Shown piece by piece: positions 11,438-22,107 of a DNA stretch of 64,000 nucleotides. Both the position numbers and the translations under genes were made by a program. The first letter of the stretch is position 1. The number at the start of each line of letters is the position of its first letter. This DNA comes from Gammaproteobacteria bacterium (GTDB taxonomy: Bacteria; Pseudomonadota; Gammaproteobacteria; JAKBBU01), in NCBI GenBank assembly GCA_021773195.1, contig JAJFKN010000028.1, positions 18,533-82,532 of the forward strand, written 5' to 3'. The notes under the pieces are model-generated. The model did not search any database and was not told where the DNA came from. It saw only the letters and a list, made by a program, of their open reading frames with translations.

Positions 11438-12388
11438 TCACGTCCTGCTGGGCGACTCAAGAGTTTGAGCTAAAATACGCAAAATTAATTCATTAAAATC
11501 GATGCCTTTTGATGCCACAGACATGGGCACTAGACTATGGCTTGTCAGCCCAGGAATGGTATTTAATTCCATTAACCAAAACTGACCCTTGCTATCTCTT
11601 AAAGTATCCACCCTACCCCAATGACGGCAACCGATGGTTTGGAATGCGCGTAATGCTAAATCCTGCAACTGTTTCTCTTCTTCTTCTGTTAACCCCGCGG
11701 GCAGCAAAAACCGGGTGTCATCGCGAAAATATTTTGCTTGATAGTCGTAAAATTCACCGGGTGTTTCAATTTTAATGACGGGATAAGCTTTATCCTCGAG
11801 AATGGATACATCATAATCGCCCCCCTGTATGAAGGGTTCCACCATGACCACGTCATCATATTCGCGAGCCGTCACTACGGCAGGCATTAATTCTTCTGCA
11901 TTATTCACTTTAGTCACACCAATGCTGGAACCTTCGCTAACGGGTTTAACGATCAAAGGTAAACCCAATTTTTCAACTATATGTTCTGCATCAGAGTTTT
12001 CATCCAACAACTCATAGGGTAAAGTCGGCAACCCCTGACCCATCCAAAATTCTTTACAACGTACTTTATCCATAGCTAACGCAGAGGCTAAAACACCACT
12101 ACCTGTGTAAGGTATTTTTAGTAATTCTAATACACCTTGAATTAAACCATCTTCAGCGTACTTACCATGCAAAGCAATAAATGCACGATCAAATTTGTTT
12201 TGAGACAGAACCGAAACAATATCCCATTGTACATCTATGCCATGAGCATCCACCCCCGCACCTTTTAATGCTTCCAGTGTTGCATTACCACTCATGAAGG
12301 AAATTTCTCGCTCGGCACTCATACCGCCCATGAGTACGGCTACTTTTCCAAATGCTTTAGGATCCACGGTAAAATTAGACATCTTCAC
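11438..12388 (-). CDS. ddl: D-alanine--D-alanine ligase
   Basis: ATP-grasp motifs are present (GKVAVLMGGMSAEREISFMSG, ELNTIPGLTSHSLVP). Length is 316 aa. Confidence 0.93.
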   Translation of the reverse strand: MKMSNFTVDPKAFGKVAVLMGGMSAEREISFMSGNATLEALKGAGVDAHGIDVQWDIVSVLSQNKFDRAFIALHGKYAEDGLIQGVLELLKIPYTGSGVLASALAMDKVRCKEFWMGQGLPTLPYELLDENSDAEHIVEKLGLPLIVKPVSEGSSIGVTKVNNAEELMPAVVTAREYDDVVMVEPFIQGGDYDVSILEDKAYPVIKIETPGEFYDYQAKYFRDDTRFLLPAGLTEEEEKQLQDLALRAFQTIGCRHWGRVDTLRDSKGQFWLMELNTIPGLTSHSLVPMSVASKGIDFNELILRILAQTLESPSRT

Positions 12389-13277
12389 AAGCCTCCCTTA
12401 TGGGGTCTCCAATGATATGTACTTCATGAATTAATAATACATCCTGTTGTTCCCTCACTTCTTTTTGCACATGAGTAATCAACGCTTCAATATCTTTTGC
12501 TGTGGCATTGCCTGAGTTAATGATGAAGTTGGCGTGCTTAGTTGATACTCCAGCATCACCTATATGATGACCTTTTAAACCACAGGCTTCAATCAAACGA
12601 GCAGCATAATCATCTTTAGGATTTCTAAATACCGAGCCGCAGCTGGGCAAATCTGTCGGTTGAGTTGCAGCACGTCTATCCAATAACTTCTTAATGCGTT
12701 GCAGTGAAATGGATTTTTCACCCTGCTCTAAAGCAAAATGTCCTGCTACAAACCATTCTTCTCGTGCATGTCCAACATGTCGATAAGCAATAGAAAATTC
12801 TTCTGGACTACGTAAATGAATTTGGCCTTGCCGATCGATAGTTTCTACGGCCGTAACCCATTCCCAAGTTTCACCACCATCACAACCAGCATTCATGGCT
12901 AAGGCGCCACCCACAGTGCCAGGAATACCCGCTAAAAACTCTATACCCTGTAAATTTTGCCTGGCGCAATGACGTGCCATTTTCGCACAAGCTACACCGG
13001 CTTCGACTCGAATGATATTGTCCTCTAATGCCGTAATTTCATTCAACCCACCCAAGGTCAAGATTACCGTTCCTTGATAACCACCATCACGGATTAACGT
13101 ATTACTGCCTAAGCCCATCCATAATAAAGGTTCATCTTCAGGTAACCCGCTCATAAAAAGTGCTAAATCTTTTAAGCCCTTAGGCATATAACAACACTTG
13201 GCTTTCCCACCCACACGCCAAGACGTGTATTGTGCAAGGCTCTGATTTAATATTAATTTGCCAGCATAGTTATTCAT
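12375..13277 (-). CDS. murB: UDP-N-acetylenolpyruvoylglucosamine reductase
   Basis: FAD-binding MurB motifs are present (TSWRVGG..., GLGSNTLIRDGG). The start was placed at the internal Met (MNNYAGK...) to remove the 65-nt overlap with murC given by the first-ATG ORF. Confidence 0.9.
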   Translation of the reverse strand: MNNYAGKLILNQSLAQYTSWRVGGKAKCCYMPKGLKDLALFMSGLPEDEPLLWMGLGSNTLIRDGGYQGTVILTLGGLNEITALEDNIIRVEAGVACAKMARHCARQNLQGIEFLAGIPGTVGGALAMNAGCDGGETWEWVTAVETIDRQGQIHLRSPEEFSIAYRHVGHAREEWFVAGHFALEQGEKSISLQRIKKLLDRRAATQPTDLPSCGSVFRNPKDDYAARLIEACGLKGHHIGDAGVSTKHANFIINSGNATAKDIEALITHVQKEVREQQDVLLIHEVHIIGDPIREACEDV

Positions 13278-14697
13278 GACCCAAAGACATCTCCTCGGCA
13301 AGTTGAGCCGCCACAGCCCCCACGTTGCCGGCACCTTGTGTTAACAAGACTGCATCATCTTGCATGACGTCATTCAGAATATTTTGTAACTCTTTAGGTT
13401 CAGGTATTAAAATAGGCTGCACGGCATGTCGAACTTCAATGGCTTTAGCTAAAGCGACAGAATCCGCGCCTTCAATGTGTTGTTCATTGGCTGAATAAAC
13501 ATTCATTAAAAAGAGTTGATCAACACGGCCTAACACTTCGACAAACTCTTCAAACAAATCTTGTGTGCGCGAATAACGATGGGGCTGAAATAACATGGCT
13601 AAGGTACGTTTTGGCCACGCTCGACGCACAGCTTCGATAGTCATGGCTAATTCTTTAGGATGGTGACCATAGTCATCCACTAACAAACCTTTACCCCGGG
13701 TATATTGAATATCACCGTAAATTTGAAAACGTCGGCCAATGCCTTGGAATTTACTGAAGGCTTCTTGGATAGCGGCATGGGACACACCAACTTCCAACGC
13801 CACAGCAAATGCAGCCAACGCATTTTGCACATTATGGGTGCCTGGTAAAGCCAAACGAATAGGAATTTGTTTGCGCCCCTCGTCAAACACGATAGTAAAT
13901 AGTGAGGTAGTACCTTCTTGTCGGAAATCAATGGCACGTACGTCAGCATCTTCGTGCAATCCATAGGTCACCATGGGCCTAGCTATTTTTGGGATGAGCT
14001 CTCGAATGACCGGATCATCCACGCATAAAACGGCTCGACCATAAAAAGGTAAATGGTGAAGAAATTCTAAAAAGGTATTTTTTAATAAATCAAAATCACC
14101 TTTATAGGTCGCTAGATGATCGGCATCAATATTGGTTACCACAGTGAGCATGGGTTTTAAATATAAAAATGAAGCATCACTTTCATCGGCTTCAGCCACT
14201 AAATATTTACCTTCACCTAATTTGGCATTGGTCCCGGCACTATTTAATCGGCCACCTATCACGAATGTGGGATCTAATCCACCCTCTTTTAATAAGCTAG
14301 TCACTAAACTGGTTGTGGTTGTTTTACCATGGGTACCTGACACTGCAATACCATATCGAAAACGCATCAGTTCCGCCAGCATTTCAGCTCGCGCCACAAT
14401 GGGAATACGCGCAGCTCTTGCTGCAACGATTTCGGGGTTTGCCTCTTGGATAGCACTGGAAACCACGACCAAATTTGTGTTTTCTACATGATTGGCATGG
14501 TGACCTAATACAACTTGTGCACCCATTTTTTGTAAATGTTTTGTCATGGCATTCTGCGCCGCGTCAGAACCGGAAATCTCATAACCCAAGTTCAATAACA
14601 CTTCGGCAATGCCGCCCATGCCAACACCACCAATACCAATGAAATGGATCTTCTTTATTGATCCAAATGCCGATTCAATCACGGCATACCTCCCCAC
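13270..14697 (-). CDS. murC: UDP-N-acetylmuramate--L-alanine ligase
   Basis: N-terminal IHFIGIGGVGMGGIAEVL and the Mur ligase P-loop GTHGKTTTTS are present. Length is 475 aa. Confidence 0.95.
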   Translation of the reverse strand: MGRYAVIESAFGSIKKIHFIGIGGVGMGGIAEVLLNLGYEISGSDAAQNAMTKHLQKMGAQVVLGHHANHVENTNLVVVSSAIQEANPEIVAARAARIPIVARAEMLAELMRFRYGIAVSGTHGKTTTTSLVTSLLKEGGLDPTFVIGGRLNSAGTNAKLGEGKYLVAEADESDASFLYLKPMLTVVTNIDADHLATYKGDFDLLKNTFLEFLHHLPFYGRAVLCVDDPVIRELIPKIARPMVTYGLHEDADVRAIDFRQEGTTSLFTIVFDEGRKQIPIRLALPGTHNVQNALAAFAVALEVGVSHAAIQEAFSKFQGIGRRFQIYGDIQYTRGKGLLVDDYGHHPKELAMTIEAVRRAWPKRTLAMLFQPHRYSRTQDLFEEFVEVLGRVDQLFLMNVYSANEQHIEGADSVALAKAIEVRHAVQPILIPEPKELQNILNDVMQDDAVLLTQGAGNVGAVAAQLAEEMSLGHE

Positions 14698-15745
14698 AAT
14701 GAGCGACTATTTCCTCGCAGGCGTGGGTCCGACAGAGGGACCGAGCCCGTTGCGCCATGGTCAATAGATTACCACGGCCGTCGCGTATCATACCATCAAT
14801 GGCTTGCCACAGTACCACAGGGGTTAGCTGATTTTGTTGGAAGCACATGGCTGCTTGAGCTTCCACCATATTTTGTGCATTTTTTGTTTGATGATCATCC
14901 ACAGCATGGGGAAAGGGTACAAAAACCGCCCCTAGGCCCGCAGCCATCACTTCACTAATGGTTAAGGCTCCCGCACGACAAATGACCAGGTCTGCCCAAG
15001 CATAGGCCCCAGCCATATCTTTAATGTATTCTTCCAAACGCCCTTGAACACCCTGTTGTTGATAATAGGCCTTTGTTTCTTCCAAGCGTCCTTTTCCCGT
15101 TTGATGCCAAAGCTCGATTTTGTCTTGCGTCAGGCACAGAGCCTCAGGCAATAATTTATTAAGCGCTTGAGCACCCAGGCTGCCACCTAAGATTAATAGT
15201 CGAATGTTACCATTACGTTCTTGAAAACGTTCTGCAGGTGTAGGCAATTGCAGAATATCCTGGCGCACGGGATTACCCGTATAATAGACAGTATCTTTAG
15301 CCGGAAATGTATTAGGAAATGCTTGCAACACCCGGCTGGCCATCTTAGCTAAATAACGATTAGTCATGCCAGCTACAGCATTTTGTTCATGCACCACCAA
15401 AGGAATACCCAACAGCTTTGCTGCAATACCACCAGGACCACTGACAAAACCACCCATACCTAAAACCACACCTGGCTTCAAGCGGCGTAATTGTCCCATG
15501 GCTGCAAAAATGGCTTGAGTTAATTGAAAAGGCACCAAGCATTTTTTTATACCCTGCCCACGAATTTTTGACACACTGATCACATTCAAAGGAATGTCGT
15601 ATTCTGGCACGATACGGGTTTCCATTTGATTTTTCGCACCTAGCCAATGCACATCCATGCCTTTTTCACGACACTTTTCCGCAACGGCCAGCCCCGGATA
15701 GATATGCCCTCCCGTACCGCCCGCCATTATTACTATCTTACTCAT
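14675..15745 (-). CDS. murG: UDP-N-acetylglucosamine--N-acetylmuramyl-(pentapeptide) pyrophosphoryl-undecaprenol N-acetylglucosamine transferase
   Basis: The G-loop IMAGGTGGHIYPGLAVA is present. The start was set at MSKIVIM; the ORF-track Met lies 21 codons upstream. Confidence 0.93.
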   Translation of the reverse strand: MSKIVIMAGGTGGHIYPGLAVAEKCREKGMDVHWLGAKNQMETRIVPEYDIPLNVISVSKIRGQGIKKCLVPFQLTQAIFAAMGQLRRLKPGVVLGMGGFVSGPGGIAAKLLGIPLVVHEQNAVAGMTNRYLAKMASRVLQAFPNTFPAKDTVYYTGNPVRQDILQLPTPAERFQERNGNIRLLILGGSLGAQALNKLLPEALCLTQDKIELWHQTGKGRLEETKAYYQQQGVQGRLEEYIKDMAGAYAWADLVICRAGALTISEVMAAGLGAVFVPFPHAVDDHQTKNAQNMVEAQAAMCFQQNQLTPVVLWQAIDGMIRDGRGNLLTMAQRARSLCRTHACEEIVAHCGEVCRD

Positions 15746-16901
15746 GGGACACCCCATACAATTCACAACGTGTTTCATAATCAATACGTAATACAATCGC
15801 CAAAGCAATACAATTAATTAATAGACTGCTTCCGCCATAACTCATCAAAGGCAAAGTCAAACCCTTTGTGGGCAAGACACCAGCATTAACCCCCATATTG
15901 ATCATAGCTTGAAATGCCATCCACAAACCAAAACCTAAGCAGGTGTAAGCTTCAAAGGGCCGATTCAATTGCATAGCACGGCGATGTACTTTAAGAATCC
16001 GTGCCACTAACAACAAATATAAAGCCATGACTATTGTTATGCCCAACAAACCTAATTCTTCAGCTAATACAGCAAATAAGAAATCCGTATGAGCTTCGGG
16101 CAAATAAAATAATTTCTGTACGCTATCGCCTAAACCCACCCCAAACCAACCACCACGACCAAAGGCGATCAAGGATTGTGTTAATTGATATCCACTATTA
16201 AACTGATGAGCCCAAGGATTCATGAAAGTGGTTAAACGTTCCAAACGATAGGGTGAGGAAATAGCTAAGACCACCAAGACAATTAAAACCAAGGTAACCA
16301 ATAGGGCAAAATGGCGCAACTTCACTTTCGCAATAAACATCATACCCAATGCCGTCGCTAAAATAACTACGGTTGCCCCAAAATCAGGTTCTTTTAATAA
16401 TAAAATGGCTATAACACCTAACAATAACATGGGCTTCACAAACCCCATAATATTGTTTTGTACTTCGTCACTGTGGCGTGTTAAATAACTGGCTAGAAAT
16501 AAAATAACGCAGAATTTCGCTAACTCAGAAATTTGCATACCAAAAGGCCCAAAGCCAATCCAACGCATGCTACCATTCACCTCTCGACCCACACCCGGCA
16601 CCAACACTAAAGCCAACAGCACCACTGCAACAATCAATAAAGTGCCGCCGTAATGTTTCCAATAGCTCGAAGACATTTTTAATACGGGGATACATAGAAC
16701 GATAGCTAAGCCTAAATAAGTAGCTTGGCGAATGAGAAAATGGAAAGAATGACCAAATTGTTTTTCAGAAATAACAATTGAAGCCGAAGCCACCATAATC
16801 AAACCAAGGGATAACAAGCCAACTAGTGACAGAATCATCCAGCGGTCATATAACACAGGGTGTGAATTCCGCATCAATTTATTTCCTTCACTAATTGACA
16901 A
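15738..16901 (-). CDS. ftsW: Peptidoglycan glycosyltransferase FtsW (SEDS family)
   Basis: 387 aa, polytopic membrane protein with the SEDS motifs (PEAHTDFLFAVLAEELG). It lies between murD and murG. Confidence 0.93.
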   Translation of the reverse strand: MSISEGNKLMRNSHPVLYDRWMILSLVGLLSLGLIMVASASIVISEKQFGHSFHFLIRQATYLGLAIVLCIPVLKMSSSYWKHYGGTLLIVAVVLLALVLVPGVGREVNGSMRWIGFGPFGMQISELAKFCVILFLASYLTRHSDEVQNNIMGFVKPMLLLGVIAILLLKEPDFGATVVILATALGMMFIAKVKLRHFALLVTLVLIVLVVLAISSPYRLERLTTFMNPWAHQFNSGYQLTQSLIAFGRGGWFGVGLGDSVQKLFYLPEAHTDFLFAVLAEELGLLGITIVMALYLLLVARILKVHRRAMQLNRPFEAYTCLGFGLWMAFQAMINMGVNAGVLPTKGLTLPLMSYGGSSLLINCIALAIVLRIDYETRCELYGVSHE

Positions 16902-18208
16902 AACACGTCACCGCGATGTTCGAAGTTTTTAAACATGTCAAAGCTAGCGCAGGCCGGCGAGAATAAGACGGCATCACCCGCCTCACTCAACTGCTTAGCC
17001 AGTGCCACGGCTTGAGACAAATCTGTAACAGTTTGCGTTGGGCAAGCGCCATCTAACGCTTGTGCCATAGCGGGAGCATCTTCACCAAACAAAATAACTT
17101 GCTTTGCAAAACGCTTTGCCGGCGCTTGCAAGGGTGAAAAATCCGCTTGTTTGCCCTGACCACCAGCAATCCAAATGACTTTCCCTATCAAATCATTACC
17201 AATGCCCTTCAAAGCCCACTGTGCAGCACCTACATTTGTACTTTTGGAATCGTTATACCATGCCACATCTTGGTATTTCCCAATGAACTGACAACGATGA
17301 CTCAAACCTTTGAAGTTTTTTAATGCGTGAATACAGTCTTCCATAGGAAATTGTAAGATTTTTCCGAATGCCAAAGCAGCTAATGCATTAGACCAATTAT
17401 GTCGCCCTTTAATGGGCAATGCCTGAGTGTCTAATAACTTTTTTGAGCCGTAGGCCAGATAGCAATGTTCCTCTTCTTCAATAATGCCAAAAGTATCTTC
17501 TTTAGGTGTATTTAATGAAAAGTGACAACTGTGTTTTATCCCATCTGGAATAGGAATATCCACATCATCATTCACGATGGCCACTTCACAATGATCAAAA
17601 ATTCGTAGCTTGGCTTGTAAGTAATTATCCAGCGTCTTGTGTCGGTCCAAATGGTTATCGCTGACATTTAATACCGTCGCTGCTTGTAACTTTAAGCTGT
17701 AGGTGCTCTCTAATTGCCAGCTGGATAACTCCAATACATATAACTCTTTAGGTCCTTCCTGTAATACATCTAAAACAGGAATGCCAATATTACCAGCAAC
17801 ACTTGCATTAACACCTGCTGCCTGAGCCATATCCCCCACCAAGCTTGTCACCGTACTTTTGCCATTGGTACCCGTAATCCCTACCACCTTTGCCTGCACA
17901 GCACGAGCGAATAACTCGACATCGCCCATGGGTTTAATACCTTTGTCTATGGCTGACTGAATAGCAGGTTCTTGTAACGATAAACCGGGGCTAACAACTA
18001 AATGAGTAGCCGAGCATAGTATGCTTTCATCTAAGGGACCTAAATGCACGGGTATCTGTGGAAATGCTTCTTTCATAGCATTCAATAGCGGTGGATTATT
18101 TCGAGTATCCATAACGCTTACTAAAAAGCCCTGTTGATGCAAATAGGCAACACTGGATAAACCTGTTTGACCTAAACCGACGACGATGTATTTCTCTTGC
18201 TTGCTCAT
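16874..18208 (-). CDS. murD: UDP-N-acetylmuramoylalanine--D-glutamate ligase
   Basis: N-terminal [12 protein letters not shown] and the Mur ligase P-loop [10 protein letters not shown] are present. The start was set at MSKQEKY, which abuts the mraY stop. Confidence 0.93.
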   Translation of the reverse strand: MSKQEKYIVVGLGQTGLSSVAYLHQQGFLVSVMDTRNNPPLLNAMKEAFPQIPVHLGPLDESILCSATHLVVSPGLSLQEPAIQSAIDKGIKPMGDVELFARAVQAKVVGITGTNGKSTVTSLVGDMAQAAGVNASVAGNIGIPVLDVLQEGPKELYVLELSSWQLESTYSLKLQAATVLNVSDNHLDRHKTLDNYLQAKLRIFDHCEVAIVNDDVDIPIPDGIKHSCHFSLNTPKEDTFGIIEEEEHCYLAYGSKKLLDTQALPIKGRHNWSNALAALAFGKILQFPMEDCIHALKNFKGLSHRCQFIGKYQDVAWYNDSKSTNVGAAQWALKGIGNDLIGKVIWIAGGQGKQADFSPLQAPAKRFAKQVILFGEDAPAMAQALDGACPTQTVTDLSQAVALAKQLSEAGDAVLFSPACASFDMFKNFEHRGDVFCQLVKEIN

Positions 18209-19287
18209 CGTAGTTTTAAAGTTCCCAATCCGATTAAAACCAAAACAAATGTGATTATCCAAAAACGCACAATAACTTTCGGTTCAGGCCAACCCTTCAA
18301 TTCGAAATGGTGGTGAATAGGTGCCATTTTAAAAACCCGTTTACCCCGCAGTTTAAACGAGCCCACTTGTAAAATCACAGAGACCGTTTCCATGACGAAC
18401 ACGCCCCCCATGATAAATAATACTAATTCTTGACGCACAATAACCGCCACAGCACCTAAAGCAGCCCCCAAAGCTAAGGACCCAACGTCCCCCATAAAAA
18501 TTTGTGCTGGGTATGTGTTAAACCATAGGAAGCCCAAACCGGCACCCACCAGGGCACTACAGAATATGGCCATCTCCCCAGCGCCAGGCACATAGGGAAT
18601 TAATAAATAATCAGCAAAATTCACATTACCGGTTAAATAAGCAAAAACACCTAACGCACCAGCCACCAGGACTGAAGGTAATATGGCTAAGCCATCTAGT
18701 CCATCGGTTAAATTCACGGCATTACTGCTGCCTACAATGACAAAGTAAGTTAATAAGACAAACCAAGGGCCCAAACCAATAATCACTTCTTTAAAGAAAG
18801 GAATAACTAACTGGGTTTCTGAGGGTAAACTGGCCGTATGATACAAAAAGATTGCCACCCCTAGCGCTAAAATTGATTGCAATGAATATTTCCATCTCGC
18901 GGGCAAACCTTTAGAATTTTTCAAAACTAATTTCCGATAGTCATCGACGAATCCAATTAATCCAAATCCTATAGTCACTACAAGAACCACCCAAACAAAA
19001 CGATTGGCTAAATCCGACCACAACAGAGTACTAATGCCGATGGCAATAATAATCATTGCACCACCCATGGTAGGCGTGCCCGATTTTGAAAGGTGGGATT
19101 GGGGGCCATCATCTCGAACCATCTGTCCTATTTGATGCTTTGTTAAGCGTCGGATCATAATGGGACCCAAGACAAATGCGATAAGCAATGCCGTCAAAGC
19201 ACTTAAAATAGCCCGCAAAGTAATGTATTGAAAAACATGGAACCCATGAAAATAATGTTCTAATACATTACTCAGCCAATACAACAT
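18205..19287 (-). CDS. mraY: Phospho-N-acetylmuramoyl-pentapeptide transferase
   Basis: 360 aa, 10-TM MraY family. The conserved [13 protein letters not shown] and HHHFE motifs are present. Confidence 0.95.
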   Translation of the reverse strand: MLYWLSNVLEHYFHGFHVFQYITLRAILSALTALLIAFVLGPIMIRRLTKHQIGQMVRDDGPQSHLSKSGTPTMGGAMIIIAIGISTLLWSDLANRFVWVVLVVTIGFGLIGFVDDYRKLVLKNSKGLPARWKYSLQSILALGVAIFLYHTASLPSETQLVIPFFKEVIIGLGPWFVLLTYFVIVGSSNAVNLTDGLDGLAILPSVLVAGALGVFAYLTGNVNFADYLLIPYVPGAGEMAIFCSALVGAGLGFLWFNTYPAQIFMGDVGSLALGAALGAVAVIVRQELVLFIMGGVFVMETVSVILQVGSFKLRGKRVFKMAPIHHHFELKGWPEPKVIVRFWIITFVLVLIGLGTLKLR

Positions 19288-19297
19288 AATATTCCCC

Positions 19298-20632
19298 TTA
19301 AGCCTTGATGGCTTCTGTCACTTCCCACATACGTTGACTATTAGAACCCTTAATCAAAATCGTAGTTTGTTTTGTTAATTGTGGCTTTAACGCAGCCACC
19401 AATGAAGATTTATCCTCAAAATAATGTCCTTCTTCACCAAACGCCTGCGCAGCATGCTGACTTAACTTGCCATAGCAATACAATGCATCGATACCTTGTT
19501 CTTTGGCTTCTTTTCCTACAGCTTCATGATAAGCAACTTCTTCTTCACCTAACTCAGCCATATCCGCAAAAATAAAAATTCGCTGTCCTTTTTCTCGCGC
19601 TAATACTTGCATAGCCATAGCCACTGATTGTGGGTTGGCATTATAACTATCATCGATGACACGAGCGCCTCCCAACCCTGAGTATATGGTCAAGCGTTTA
19701 TCCACAGCTGTAAATTCATTCAATCCTTGCTGAATAATATTCATAGGGATATTTAAGGCTTTAGCTGCACAGGCCGCAGCCAAGGCATTTAACACATTAT
19801 GATCACCCATTAATTGTAGGGTTATTGGCAAACAATTATTTTGATCATTTAAAGTAAAGGCCACATACCCTTGCTCATCTAAACGAACATCCGTAGCAAA
19901 TACGTCGGCCTTTGGATTTTCACCAAAGGTTATGCACTGATGTTCTTGTAATTTTTCTTTAAAATACGGTGTAAAGGAATCTGCAAAGGGGATAATCCCT
20001 ATGCCATGTTTAGGCAAGGCATCAAAAATTTCTGCTTTTGTTGTTGCCACGCCCTCCAAACTTTTGAACCCTTCTAAATGCACTGGCGCAACATTCAATA
20101 AAATAGCCACATCGGGTTGAGCGATTTGCGCCACATAAGCAATTTCACCCTTGTGGTTTGCACCCATTTCAATTACTGCATATGCATGCTCATGGGTTAA
20201 TTTCAGTAAAGTCAACGGAACACCAATGTCATTATTCAAAGAGCGTTCGGGGAATAATGTCGGTGCTTTTAAACAAAGTATCTGAGCTAACATCGCTTTA
20301 GTGGTAGTTTTACCACAACTGCCCGTGATGCCAACGATAGGACAGCTGAAGGACTGACGCCAATAGTGAGCCAATTGACCTAATGCTATGCGAGTATCTT
20401 TAACCATTAATACTGGTGCTTCTGCACAGGGTTTTGCGCTGATGGCACCACAAGCACCATTATCCATGGCTTGTTTTATATAATCATGGCCATCAAAATT
20501 TTCCCCTTGTATGGCGATGTATATATCACCGAATGTCAGGGTCCGAGTATCAATAGAAACACCTGTGAAAGTCGTATCTTTACCGATCAACTCTCCCTGC
20601 AAGGGTTTAGCGATTTTAGATAATGTCATCAT
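19298..20632 (-). CDS. murF: UDP-N-acetylmuramoyl-tripeptide--D-alanyl-D-alanine ligase
   Basis: The Mur ligase P-loop [12 protein letters not shown] is present. Length is 444 aa and the gene lies between murE and mraY. Confidence 0.9.
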   Translation of the reverse strand: MMTLSKIAKPLQGELIGKDTTFTGVSIDTRTLTFGDIYIAIQGENFDGHDYIKQAMDNGACGAISAKPCAEAPVLMVKDTRIALGQLAHYWRQSFSCPIVGITGSCGKTTTKAMLAQILCLKAPTLFPERSLNNDIGVPLTLLKLTHEHAYAVIEMGANHKGEIAYVAQIAQPDVAILLNVAPVHLEGFKSLEGVATTKAEIFDALPKHGIGIIPFADSFTPYFKEKLQEHQCITFGENPKADVFATDVRLDEQGYVAFTLNDQNNCLPITLQLMGDHNVLNALAAACAAKALNIPMNIIQQGLNEFTAVDKRLTIYSGLGGARVIDDSYNANPQSVAMAMQVLAREKGQRIFIFADMAELGEEEVAYHEAVGKEAKEQGIDALYCYGKLSQHAAQAFGEEGHYFEDKSSLVAALKPQLTKQTTILIKGSNSQRMWEVTEAIKA

Positions 20633-22104
20633 GCCAATGTTCCCTTATTCAATAAAGCCTCGACAACTTTAATATCGCTAAAAGGCCGACGTTCTTCCCC
20701 AATAACTTGGAAAGCTTCATGTCCCTTACCTGCAACCAAAACTATGTCACTTTCACCTGCTTGGTCCATGGCAAACTTTATAGCTTGCGCTCTATCATGT
20801 TCAACTATAACTGCAGAAACATTCATAATGCCTTGTAAAATTTCATCGGTAATATTTTCTGGGTCTTCTTCCCTCGGGTTGTCATCGGTAACAACGATCT
20901 GGTCAGCATAGGTTTCTACAGCTTCAGCCATTGCTCGACGCTTACCCGTATCACGACCACCGCCGCAACCAAAAACGCACCATAATAAACCGTCACAACA
21001 TTCTCTTAAGGTACTCAAGGCTTTTTCTAGGGCATCAGGTGTGTGAGCATAATCAATAACTACTAAAGGACCGGTTATTTGACGAAAGGGTTGCATGCGT
21101 CCCGAAACTGTCGTGGCATGACTCAAACTGTCCACCACTTGAGGCAAAGGTATATCCAAGGCCATGAGTACTGTTGTGGCAGTCAATAAGTTACTCATAT
21201 TGATGCGCCCTAATAAAGGGCTTGTTAGTGAGGCTTGCTCACCCTCACAAGTTATCTGGGCCTTTATCCCCTGGGTTGTTAACTGCATATCTTTAGCTGT
21301 TACATGACTTGAACCTTCTATGGCAGGCTTATCAAGACCGAAGGTCATAATGGGATACTTTTGTTTAAATTCTTGAGCTAATTGCCGACCAAACTCATCA
21401 TCAAGATTGATAACCGCTTTTTTCAGGTATGGGAATTCAAATAATCGGCGTTTAGCTCGACCATATTGCTGCATATTACCATGATAATCCAGGTGATCAC
21501 GAGTAAGATTTGTAAATACGGCTATATCAAACTCAATGCCATTAGCACGCCCCTGTTCTAAACCGTGAGAAGAGGCTTCCATAGCAACGTACTTAGCACC
21601 TTGTGATTTTAGTTTAGCTAACCATTTTTGAATATTGATGGGTTCGGGTGTAGTATGCAAGCCTGGGGTTAAGTCCCCAAACAATCCGTAACCTAAGGTC
21701 CCAATAACACCACAGACTTTACCCAAAGAATCTAATGCTTGAGCGATGAAATGACTACAAGAGGTTTTCCCGTTGGTACCCGTGATGCCGATCACAGTCA
21801 TGTCTGCACTGGGATTACCGTAAAAATTAGCGGCTATTTCTCCCAACCGTTGTTCTAAATTTTCAACCCCCAAAGTAATAACAGATTCACTATTCCACTC
21901 TACGGGTTGTTGTTTTTCATGCAAGACAACATTCGCGCCTTTTTTGATAGCTTGGCTGATGTATTCACTACCATGAGTAGTCTGGCCGGAGCGCACAACA
22001 AAAACAAAGCCCTTTTCTACTTCTCGACTGTCTTGCGTCAAGCCTTGTATATCACAATCTTGTGTTACCGAAGTAATATTATTAAGCAATGTACTTAACT
22101 GCAT
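20629..22104 (-). CDS. murE: UDP-N-acetylmuramoyl-L-alanyl-D-glutamate--2,6-diaminopimelate ligase
   Basis: P-loop [10 protein letters not shown] and a DAP-type ligase C-terminal region (DNPR motif) are present. Length is 491 aa. Confidence 0.93.
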   Translation of the reverse strand: MQLSTLLNNITSVTQDCDIQGLTQDSREVEKGFVFVVRSGQTTHGSEYISQAIKKGANVVLHEKQQPVEWNSESVITLGVENLEQRLGEIAANFYGNPSADMTVIGITGTNGKTSCSHFIAQALDSLGKVCGVIGTLGYGLFGDLTPGLHTTPEPINIQKWLAKLKSQGAKYVAMEASSHGLEQGRANGIEFDIAVFTNLTRDHLDYHGNMQQYGRAKRRLFEFPYLKKAVINLDDEFGRQLAQEFKQKYPIMTFGLDKPAIEGSSHVTAKDMQLTTQGIKAQITCEGEQASLTSPLLGRINMSNLLTATTVLMALDIPLPQVVDSLSHATTVSGRMQPFRQITGPLVVIDYAHTPDALEKALSTLRECCDGLLWCVFGCGGGRDTGKRRAMAEAVETYADQIVVTDDNPREEDPENITDEILQGIMNVSAVIVEHDRAQAIKFAMDQAGESDIVLVAGKGHEAFQVIGEERRPFSDIKVVEALLNKGTLA

Positions 22105-22107
22105 ATA